A stretch of DNA of 52,272 nucleotides. Source: Trichomonas gallinae. Lineage: Eukaryota. A program made the translations under genes and the position numbers. The notes below the pieces were generated by a model. That model did no database searches. It was not told the DNA's origin and saw nothing but the letters and a program-made list of their open reading frames with translations. Positions 11,401-21,000 of the stretch are shown one piece after another. Position 1 is the first letter of the stretch. The number at the start of each line of letters is the position of its first letter. The stretch is from contig MRSU01002382.1 in assembly GCA_008369845.1 (NCBI GenBank), positions 1-52,272 on the forward strand, written 5' to 3'.

Positions 11401-11420
11401 ACCCTTTTATTGGCATCCAT
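5451..11420 (-). CDS. CARMIL/LRRC16-like PH-domain plus leucine-rich-repeat protein with long acidic low-complexity tail
   Basis: 1989-aa ORF. PH-like N-terminus (CILAATRRGLYFFR...EQIEYID), then RNI-like LRRs (LTHLSLSNCVL, IKRFDFSGSSF, LKYLDISRC), then about 1250 aa of E/T/S/D/Y-rich disordered sequence. Confidence 0.7.
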   Translation of the reverse strand: MDANKRVKVHPDKIRKLIPEYEKTILAAAQCTTLSSKGKDKSCILAATRRGLYFFRTGILNLSIKLKQLIFILHVEQIEYIDDETIEFTFHKKKPIQFKGKDLMVVVEGLVESAALFCYGSSAPHEIALLEFPKKPQILQVQRRDRLTMSRYKNSCLALEIHKQTSHLRAFDIYESTNRTTFFIDNYSDQPVSTEVLSYTIAHEGTVNTICCQKFAPQNVALMLKQIMKISRSIKTIQLLDYEDIFFEIGRFGKIKSAVVNSLSIVRCFSNPVRLIQFLMEFRFYRNNFQRLEIDGCRLNLKCAKELAKIISTYHCFRALEILIIRHIETDPKEKNAAYMTLFNAASTLQFLSQYSIELWNPKILFTQEVSTLPFKYLTHLSLSNCVLTDIQDPVFCPTIKRFDFSGSSFSYKSLQQVIDKLSQHPINFVLDISDTDITLKDWMTFFEKNKTPFTSKMYELSWAGNPIVPQIIPGMIQVFIKSPNLKYLDISRCFTTKAQKVIDEFFLGILGTQLWGLAINADEKTQLMADILLKIERIPTLVSLSLCGQPLKAKELREIKLPVLGEINCDKSGIEDRNSLYELYKTSFLRRDSIFAVEPPVYDLFRLPDKDAQKIIEFRTAVSKKLVPSDSYVRAEYYSQYGGDMKYFRQYLANFPSNRRPLPIRDPYSCFDFLPTQNYESSLHQTKVEPAYNTFADEQCKHFAAVDIPPSIEPDTKFETPDWLVFIIQEHKIRKKTNFVPIPAPPIDQPPQEEEEEEEHVIQQPEAEPEQTQKVVTNDQTPQVVASDETQKVIASDQTQKVVASEQTQKVVSNDQTPQVVASEQTQKVIASDQTQKVVISAPAREDKPDVKVVIDSGEVNNDTISVKSVDPTNAFAVSQKSSFGDNSSRGGIEISDESSSEAENEKRPIKPQKIDALMINDASSAISTRSTPAVVERTETKSPTIIQPPQETKQEQEEETEEEEEEYYSEDENSSERELREEIRQSKKASRKLLKSPPRSPFYMRQPEPEPLSPKEFDSEDEAELAASVAASEMERDEDLEIDTPIVSGLLVRPVPSQTEHKFGFGSVDGRSVSSVEEQAKIAQDPNLKLPSIGGIYGRIMKTQQHVTLTTIYDTDSDDSKIDRAIEKYTEPVKTRKVDESDTELTIGNVDQPVPLPRSGIDGSTPVKMFPFQRARDKKVKRITPSGMIHIPEDLLTESSDGELIPIFREKPKESPKKPLRTLRQRKSSATTEKSSKSEKPDDVKIENKDEVKIEEPPKAEKENQEPPKAENQENNQPKGESKSIKVELKSPEILAQIEKIAEMKGTDSKATETYEYTTGDKEKSKRNHRSADKRRTSRRRKYDSYDYDDDDRRRTRHDTYEYETRTRDKRRNRRDDRRRIPTRETYDYYTADQTYDDKGRRRRRNYDDYYYDDYYDPYYDDYYDDYSDDYRPPKCRPPPRRGYRHRRYTDDYYYDDDYYYTEERKTDKQKKTKSRKIDITPSQDSSAKYSIKDDSSQHSLHSITSSSRVSRGIPKPPETFDEEETTASATNTQEDNENDMIIVNASSDAEFITASNVEPGEEVFQFVSVATDSDVNWIKAPTLDDSEIKEEVQTTEDTTHDESEKEENEKQTTTVTTETKKTETENYEEEDVEEEEEEEEVDEEEEEKTESTNTQEHTTKTEVAAPETTQETTHETTQENTKTEETTHEGTKTEETTNATGTQYEEEENEEEEEEEEEEDEKTGTTNTKEESKTEETKTESEKEEVTKTTVTTETNTESKVPEEYKAVSNHSHEPSSYSGEEEGEEEEEEEEEEEPEEEEEQHSTSEKQQTKTSSEKLQTKTSSEKHEEKSDYSVEESPVKGDDIPQLVSLDERSRHTATNTSSTAVSISSSDAEPEVTHKVKAPPLETPRTDASSLSEIFFVNHMKKSSVLSTVDFPTTKYSELDNPMFTVERPTGPESKPKLASPTNVKYDLKFKPSHIRGFDVDLPVLGEPKKEHKKKPAKKQ
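8892..9107 (-). repeat. Coding tandem repeat: 8 x 27 bp (9 aa QTQKVVAS[D/E]) arranged as 2 x 108 bp
   Basis: QTQKVVTND QTPQVVASD ETQKVIASD QTQKVVASE | QTQKVVSND QTPQVVASE QTQKVIASD QTQKVVISA. Confidence 0.95.
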
Positions 11421-11505
11421 GAACGAGAAATTTTTTTTTCCTAACTCATAACGTTTGGAAACTTTTTTGCTGTTTTATTCATATCATTATTCCTTATATC
11501 ATAAA

Positions 11506-11860
11506 GATGCTGTTTATCGCATTTTTGTTGGAAAATAAGCTGATTTTAATAATTCCCCTTCATTAATATGATAGCCCCTGTATTTTGGATTTTTTTTTAG
11601 TTTGTTGATTTGCCTGGAATCTGATTTTATATCTATTATTGATGCTATTTATCATGTTATTGTGGTAAAATAAACTGTTTTTGAAAATCTCCCTTCATTA
11701 GTATGACAGCCCCTATATTTTGATTTTTTTTTATTTTCGTTAATTTGCTGGGATTCTGATTTTGTGCACCACATTGATGCTTTTCATCATGTTTTTGTTG
11801 AAAAATAAGCTAACTTATTGTAAGCCCCTTCATTAATCAGATTGCCCCTGATATATGGAC
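11506..11860. repeat. Degenerate 135-bp tandem repeat (about 2.6 copies) upstream of the CARMIL-like gene
   Basis: Units start with GATGC at 11506, 11641 and 11776. Each contains AAAATAA, CCCTTCATTA and GCCCCT; the first two also contain ATTTGC..G.ATCTGATTTT. Confidence 0.9.
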
Positions 11861-12083
11861 TTTATTCTTTTGCAAGTATTTCTTGTCGTTTTAAGCTAAA
11901 TTTCAAAATGGTTTTGATTTTCTATATTATGAAATCTAGTTTAAACTCCTTGTCGCTGTTTCTGGATGTGGTATTTTGAATTGAGGTTAGATAGAAAGTA
12001 TGTCTCTCTATTTGTGAAATTTAGTGATAATATAAATAAACAATATGATTTTATATATAAACAAACAAAAAAATAAAATAAAA

Positions 12084-15000
12084 TTAATCTTCTAATGATG
12101 CTGGTAGATGAATTACTGCGCAAACACCATTAATCGTTATATCCTCATCGGAAATATCTCCCCTAATTGCAACATTACATACAAAGTTTTCTGGGATGTT
12201 TGGTCCAAGTGTTAATAGAAGAGGAATGATCTTCAGCTCAGGTGATGATGGGCGTGCGCGAAGGTGTAGTGTGAATAATCTTGTGGACGGCTTCGTGATC
12301 TTTGTTGGAGTAATGAGATTCTTCGATCTTGGGTCAAATCCCCAGCCAACGACAGAGATTCCATCTATAGAAAGAGGCGACTCTGGATCTCTTTCGAGCT
12401 CGAAAACGCAAGTAGGCTCCGAGAAATTGGTAGCAATGCTTGCACAAACTGCTGAAACAAGTGCTCTAGGATCTGAGCAGCTGTTTGTTTCAATTCTTCT
12501 TGGAAGATTTTGTGTTTTAATGCAAACTTCTATAAACTCTCTCCTCGCCATCAATGCTCTGAAGAATGCAGCAATCCTCACCGTTGTGTTTATCCTTGCT
12601 GCCTTCATCCATTCCGGTGGGCAGATATCGTTCGCTATGTAATTATGGAGCTCTGGCGTAGGATCTTGTACTGAGACTTTGATAGCTTTGATTGTATCGT
12701 TGTAGATTTTTGCCTCTTTTCGAGCCATGACTGCTGCTGGTGATGCTGGGAGATGCAGAGGGATTTCAACATAGCTTGGAATTGTCACCAAAATGGAAGA
12801 AATTTTCGCTGTTGAGTCTGCGTTGGGGCCACGAGAAAGCAAAGTAAACGGCTCAGCCAGCCATCGTGACATTGAATAAGACTCCAAGACTGACCATAGT
12901 GTTCTGTCGACACCTAGGACGTCGACTGATGGAATGATTGGTAGATGTGATACAGTCTCATCATAGAGCTTCGACTCCTTCGGTATAATCCATGGAGAAA
13001 TTGACGAAATCTGAGAGCGAGTGAATGTGAAAATGTCATCAGTAATATCTGGATTGATGAACTTCTTGATATGAGAAATGACCTTCTGCGCGTCATCCGG
13101 ATAAGCAAACGAATTTGAAATAACAGACTCTGCAATCTTCCTTGCTGCCAAGACAGTTAATTTGTCACGTTTAAGCCTTTCAAGCAATCTTCTTATTAAT
13201 TCTTCATTGATGAACTGCGAGTCAACCAAGCCGCACGGTTTAAGGGCTGCACGGACGGCTTGGATTGATAAAATGGTCGATATCGCGTAATAAAGCTGGA
13301 AGGAATCTTGTTTGTCGCAAACTGCATCTTTGATCTGCTTCATCGTTTGAACGACGCAGATTGGTTCTCTTGTTTGGATGAGCCACAAACGTGACATCGC
13401 TGATGCCGGAATGTATTGCGAAGTCGAGCACGAGATGATCAACTGGAATCTTTCATGAGGCGGTGTTGTGGTGATTGCGTCAATGTTGTCGTTGATGAAT
13501 TCTGCAATGGAAGGTGATGGAGAATCGTAGTACACGATTATTCTACTTCCATGTATTCTAGCACGAACGACTGCGTTCTTCATTGTCGCTAATGCATCGG
13601 ATTCAACGCCAAAAGTGAATTCTTCGTAATCTTCGTCTGTGTCGAGATAAACTTTGAGAGTTCTGTTGGTGTGTTTGACTATGACAATCGGTTTATCGAG
13701 TGGAATCTGATCTAGTGGAATCGCGTCCATGGAATGTGGATCAAAGTTCTCTGTTATTAACCTCGTCGCCAAACTATAGAAGCCTAAAATGTTGACAAAC
13801 TTCATCTGATCGAAGCTGCATCTTCCTGAATCTGTTCCGAACATTTGTATCTTTCCATCATATTCAGCTTGAAGATGTTGTATAATCGTTTGCAGGTCGT
13901 TTTCGTGTGAGAATCCATGCCTGCAATTGTTGAAAAATGATGCAATCAGCATGAAGAAAATTGCATCCCTCATTGTCATCGCGTGGAAGTATTTCTTCTG
14001 TACGGCAGAAACAATCAAAGGAGAAAGTTTGTCGTAATCATTATTATCAGCAATTATTTCGTTGATCATGTCCGTATATTCGGTCAAGTTGAATTTGTAC
14101 AAATTAGAAATGCGAGGTAGGAAACGAGATAACGCGAGCCATATTGATTCAGCGATGTCGACTGGCGCTTCGTATGGATGCAAAACGACTTTTCTTCTGT
14201 CAGAAAGTTCCTCGAAATCGATTTCTTCGCTGATTAAACTCAAGAAACTCTTCTTAAGGCTTAAAAGCGAATGGAATGTGTCATTGTCTTCAACGAGCAC
14301 GTAATGGATGTCATTCTTCTGGTTGTCTCTTATGTCGTTAATGACTTCTAAAAGCTCCTTCTCCGTCGTGTTGATTTCGAGCATTTTGGAAACTTTAACT
14401 GACGATGGATCAGCGACTGTGAGCAACTCTTTTGGATTGTATCTGACTGTGAATATTCTCTCGATGACATCTCTTGGGAATCCGTTGCTGAACTTGACGA
14501 AATCTATAGGAATAACAAGGCATTTCAGGTTTGATGGTATCTCTGCCATTGGTAATGGTGTGAAAAGCATAACTCTGAAGTTTTCGTGGATTTTAACTTT
14601 TCTCTGGCCAACATCAATTGTTGATTTTCCATCAACTGACCTCGCCATCCTAAGGAAGTACTGAAGATTCGTGGTGAGCTTCTTGACATCAATAATTATC
14701 AGAGTATGACCTTTTTCTGCCGCTTCGTGGAATTTATCCATGATACTCGATGTTTCCATTGAAACAACAATTCTCTCTGGTTTAGGAATTGTCCTCATCA
14801 CGCATCCGAAGATGTATCCATCGAAATCGGAAATGAGCGGAGTCCTTGATGCATGGAAAGCCAATCTAGTGAATAGAGTGTATCTTAATGCGATATTTAA
14901 GTCGGATATCTTGAGGTCTCTTTCTATATCAAGCGTGCCCATGATTAAACCAATTATTTCGTGTGGATGAATGCTCGACAAAGTTGCTTGTGTGTCTTTA

Positions 15001-18000
15001 AGCAATTTGACGACTTCATCTATTAAATTAAAGTTTTCGCCACCGTATGTCATAAAGAATGCTACCAATATAGCATTTCCGAAGTTTTGCATTGAAGAAT
15101 TACTTTCTCTTGATGACAAAATCATCCATCTGTCATTCAACCGTGAAAGTTTGTCAACGAGTTCATCCATGCCTTGGCGCTTCTCTTTGAGTGTGTTGTA
15201 GTCGGAGTTCTTCTCATTGTAGCTGGATTTGTTGTTTGACAAGTCTTCCTCTTCTAGCTTGATTTCGTGGAGAATTTCGAAAATCGAATCTTTCTCGATC
15301 TGGTAATTTTCAAGCACTTGATTCAAACTCTGTTTCTTAGCTGTTGTATCTTCTTCAGACTTCTGTAGATCGGTTGTAGCATGGCATGCTTTGCACATTT
15401 CGACTGCATAGTCAGTGAGCTGCTCAACAAAAGGTGATAAAGCAGTCAATTCTTCGTAATTTTGCGTAATTAATTTCTCTGCGTTTTCAGCGTTGTTGGA
15501 AAGCTTGATGATGGAAACACGCTTCTGGAGTGTCAGCTTAATGTTAGCATCAGTTGCCAGCTGACGTCCATATGGCTCAAATTTCGGCTGATCTCCACAG
15601 AAGAAGCATAGTAATTCGAATAATCTCACGAAGAATCTGTTCGTGAAGAAAGAATTCAAGTTTTGTGGTGCACTTGAAATCTTGTTTAGCGCCATAGAAG
15701 CATTGCGCTGTGATTCCATTGCCAAGTTCTTAGCTTCGCTTAGTTTCTTGTCGAGTTCTTCGATTTCTTTCTTCTTCTTTTCTTCTTCTTCTTTGATTCC
15801 GTTTAATCTCTTTCGTACTGATTGTTTCTTTTCTTTGAGCTTTGCTTCTTTATCTTCGAACTCACCATCTTTGTTTTCTGCACATCCTTCTAGCTCTTTG
15901 ATTTCCTTTTCTAGCTGTGCGACTTGATTTTCGATTGTCATGACGAAATTAATTGATTCGTTCGCTAAATGATGCAAATGGTTACTTTCGAAGCTTACGA
16001 GTCTGTAGATGTATTTGAAATTCTTCATGAAGTCGAAGAACCTCGTCATAGGAGTAACTTTAGACACTAACTTGTAGATCCTCGAGAATAATGTGCTGAG
16101 CTGAGGAATATCGCCTTGAATGTATTCTTTGAGGCCTTGAGATCTGAGCAAATCTTCGCCGGACAACAAAGAAAACTCGATTTGATTTCTTCCCATGTAA
16201 ACTGTTGGGAAAACATTAAGAGAATCACAATTGTAGTCCTCTGGGACGCTGAACACGAAATGTAGTTTGTCATGGATTTCCCATGCGACTTTCTTGCTGC
16301 ATTCGATGTTTGAAATGTGAGATGATGTGAATTCCATGTATCTTGCCAAGAAATTCATGTATTTCTCGTAGCCGAGAAGCTCATATGAATTATAATGGAA
16401 CACAATGTTATTCACATGTCCACGTGTTTCATTGTCGAGTTGAGCATAAGGAACGAAAATTACAGCTTCTTTTGTCTTGAGGACAGAATTCCAAATAATA
16501 CTTGCAAATCGTTCCTTTGATTTTTCTGGATCATTTGGATCGAATTCCATATAAAGCATTTCTCTTGCTGCGGCAAGGAATCTTGATAATGTTCGCCTTC
16601 CTATGCCGTCTTTTCCTTTGAGAATTACTGAACTTCCTGGCAAAAATGTTCCACGATAAAGTAGAACGTAATCTTTGATGACTGGTCTGAATAAAATTGT
16701 GTCAGCAGCAATATCAGCTGGCGTAGTCTGCATTCCAAGGACATATTCAAGTTCTTCTCGATACAACTCAATTGGATTTCCGCTGTATGCTATTGTCGTT
16801 AATGAATCTTTTGCGTGTTCTGGGAAAACGTTTTTCGTTCCATCCATGATTGTCATGTACAAACCTAATACTTGTGGAGCTGTGACAATGGATCTGAAGC
16901 ATGTGTTGAATGTCTTCAGCTCTTCGAAGTCCATTGCATGTGTGAGCAAAAATCTGAAATCGCCCAATAATATTTGAGCAGGTTCAAGTGCGTCTGAACT
17001 CAAAGCTCTTGTTTTCTGTATTGACACAGAAATGCAGTCCAAGATTCTCATGAAGTGGAATCTGTGCGGGAAGTTGCGGATGAGGTTCATAGCAGTCTGC
17101 GGGAATTCAGGCTCAACTCCAAGATGCTGTGCAACAGTGTTGACCACGAAATCGATTGTGTAGATGGATAATAGTGAGAAACTCATTACAACAAATCTCG
17201 AAATAAATCTCGCTGGGAATTCTCTGTATGATTTCGCGGTGACAATGATAATAGCGTTCTGGAGGAACCTGTTCTTCGTTGTTGATAGTGATCTGATGTA
17301 CTCCATGACGCAGACATTTGAAGAATTAAGATTGTCGAAGATCAGTGCCAATCTCGGAATCTCAATTACTGGAACTCCGGCGACTCTGAACATTTCAAGG
17401 GTCTTCTCTATGTATTGCGTGATAGACTTTCCTGTGCTGCTGCTGTTAACTGGGATTGTGAGTGGCATGATTTCTGGGTGAAGTCTGAAATATGATTCGA
17501 TAAACATCGATTTTCCGCTCAAACTTGGCCCAGCAATCATTATAGGAATCTGAATGTGCAACAATAAATCGAATTCGAATATATAAGGTATGTATTCTGG
17601 TAGAACGACAACTATATTATCAGGCAAATTCATGTGATCTTTGTCTATTTCGCGCTTTTCGAAAACTTTTCCAACATTTGCGAAACTGTGCGGAATGAAT
17701 TTTGTATTTTTAAGTATCATTGAGCGGAGTGATGGCTTCGGGAATGCGTCCCAATAAGCTTTAGGAACATCGAACTGTGCCCAATCAAGAGGAACTTGGA
17801 GCTGGTATTTATCAACGAGCCATGAATTTAATGCAGAAGAAACTTCGTAAGTCAATAATGGAGCGTAAATCAAGAATATTGAGTGCAATAAAACACATTT
17901 GACTTCATCTGCATTGTCGCTGTTGAATGATGGTCTATCGATATATTTAAATGCTAATGTTAAAGCGTATTCAGGCAGAATGTCAACAATCCATGATAAA

Positions 18001-21000
18001 TAAGAAGTATCGAGATCTGAAGCCAAAAGTAAAATCTTTTGAATGATTGGATTGAGCAAAGCATAAAACTCATCTCTCATGTGCCTGAGTCCCTCTGGCG
18101 GGCAGTTGTTGTACTTCTTCGTCCTCTTGAAGATTGGAACTGGATCGTGGCGAACTGTTTGAACATCATGGAGAGGTAAGAATTTCGAGAATTGGACAAT
18201 TTGTGGATTAATTGCTTCAACATTGTCTGTTTCAATAACAATACGGACTAGATATGATGGGAATGACTCATAGTTGTTAAACATGAGAACATCCTGCGGC
18301 TTAGAGCAAAGAAGTCCAGCAAGATAAATGGAAAATTCGTTTGTAATTGGTCCGTTAAATTTAATGATGAATTGCGAATTTGGTGTTTCGCGAATTTCTT
18401 TAAGTATTGGCGCGATTAATCCGTCGTGATATACATGGCCATCTTTTGCGTATTCGTAGTATCCAAAAGTTTCCTGTATTGTGCTTGACGCGTGATAAAT
18501 CTCGAAAAGCTTGAGTGGAAGTTCTCCTTCCGTTTCATTGATCGCATCTACTGCTTGGTTGATGACTGTTGTCTTTCCGCTATTCGAAGAACCATAAACA
18601 AATGTGCATTTCGATGAATACAGCAGCTTCAAGAAGTCGTAAGTCTTTTCGTACAAATATTTGTCGTTCTTAGGAACGTGTTCAATGATTGCGTCGACTC
18701 TTCTCTCGATCGGGCTGCCAAGCCTGTTTGGAAGATAAATGTGGAACATGTTGAACTCGTTTGTTGGGTAGAAGCAGTCATAAACTATGTGCTCCAGCAT
18801 CAAAACTGAATTGTCGTCAACGAAAGGTCTGAAATGATGGAAAGCTGCCCAAGAAAGAACGAAATCTTCGTTTTCACTTGCTTTCGCAACTTCTGCGTAT
18901 TCTTTGGATATGTTGATGATTGACAAGCAGTTGCTCACCATTCCTTTTGTCGGGAAATTGTCGAATATTGACAAAAGTCTCATTGATGCCGTGACAAGTC
19001 TGTCCGCGAGTAATTCGCTGTTCCTGAATCCTATACTTGCGAGCATAATCATTGATATCTGTTTTGCGTCGATGTTATTAATAACAATTGGTGCGAATTC
19101 GTGTCTTATTGTGTCAGGAACTCTCATCTCCGTTGGACCAGTCGCGAATAAAACGAATTGATCGCAAAGTCTGACTTTGTAATTACCGATATCATAATTA
19201 ATCGGCAAATCAGACTTAGACTTGTAATCTCTGTATATGTCAATCATCATGGCGAGTGTTGACTGCGAGTATCTGTTCATGTCCGCGAAAACAATCCATG
19301 ACTTGCATTGAATGGCACCAACAATGTTCCTCAAAACTGAAACAGATGATGGATCATTATATGCTGGACAAAAAGCAATGTGCTTGCCGAAAAGTGCAGC
19401 AACTGTAGATATCAGATGCTTCTTACCACTTCCTGTTGGACCCAAAAGAATTCCAGCGTTGTTTGATGCGATTGCGCTGCAGATATTTTCGATTGCTGTA
19501 AGTTTGGATTCGCAGATTAACAATGGTGGACATTCTCCCCAGTATTCATATCCGTATGCGAAATTCTTCGAGCCGAACCAGACTTCAACCTGATTTGTTG
19601 TTGACCTGTAACGAAGCCTCAGTCTGTTCTCCCAGAAGTTGCGGCGCTCGAAGCCTGATGGATATTCGATGATTTTATCGATAATATACAACTGGTAATT
19701 AATAAAAGTAATCGCTGTCGAAATCTTGTTGAATAAAGCTATATTCTTTTTGTCATAGAGATACTGTGTGTATTTGCGAATGTGGTCTTTGAGTTTCGTT
19801 CTGTAATCAGTAAAAGTCCTCACGTTATTCTCAAAGTTATCGAAGCATTCTTCGATTTCACGAGTGAATTGGCATAAAGTAATGATAACCATCGAATAAA
19901 TTGAAACATTTGCGAACCAAAGTCCATCTTTGACGTTCTTGTATTTATACAAAGCGTCCTGTAGTGAATTAGAAACGCTAGCAGTCATTTGCTCGAGAAC
20001 TTGATCTCCCCATGTTTCTACTCCGCCTGCGCAATTTATCGGCTTCATTAACAATAATTGATCGCCGCTTGTACCCTGCATTCCGTAGATCTTGATGCGA
20101 GGAAATGACTGTTCTGCGCTCTTCATGACATCTGTGTCTGGTGCATCAAGAGAATGAGTCTCAAATCTCTGCACGTGCATGAACATTTTCGAGAAAATAG
20201 AATTAAACTGTTCGAAATCTGTTGTTGTGAATAATCTCATGACTTCGTTATTGCCCAAGAAGAAAAGTCGTGGAAATATATAGCGCTTGATGTCAATGAA
20301 CTTAAGAACACCTTTCATTATAGTGATCAAAAATTCGTTGTTTTCGCGAAGCATTTCGAGAATTGACGGAAATTCGCATATGTGGAATAATGTTAGATTT
20401 TCCGATGCATGTCTTACCAAAGACATCCAGCGCCTCCTGACGCCAATGAACTGCGAAGAGAGGGACTGTAATGGTGCAGCGTTGTCCTTCTTCGAGAAGA
20501 AAACGTTCAACACGATCCAATTCTCTTGGAAAGCTTTCCATGCGATCAAAACATTCGAAAACGTGTCAAGTGTTGCGCCGAGAGACAAAACTTGTTGTTT
20601 GAGGCCTTGCACGTATTGTCCTGATAGCATTTGCTGTACTGTGTTCTTTCCTCCTTCTATCTCTTTCAAGATGTCTTTGATGTCGCCGATCATTAATGTG
20701 TCATCAGTCTTAGTTTGTGTTTCATCGAGTGGCATTTTGACTTCTTTCCAGTGCTGCAGTAATAACTTGAATTCTTGTTCGAGCTGGTTTTCGCCTAGAG
20801 CTGTTGCTGTTATGTCATCTATCTTAGCCGTTTCAGCCAGAATTCCTTGCTGCATCAGTTCGTCGATTTTTATCTGCTGGAAGTAGCCTTTTGGATGTCC
20901 GCACATTTCGAACAAAATGTTCCAATGATTGTAATTCATCTTGCTGTTCGCTAGTGTCTCTAAGACTTCGAGATAAGGAACAATTGTGTCTATCTTCTCA

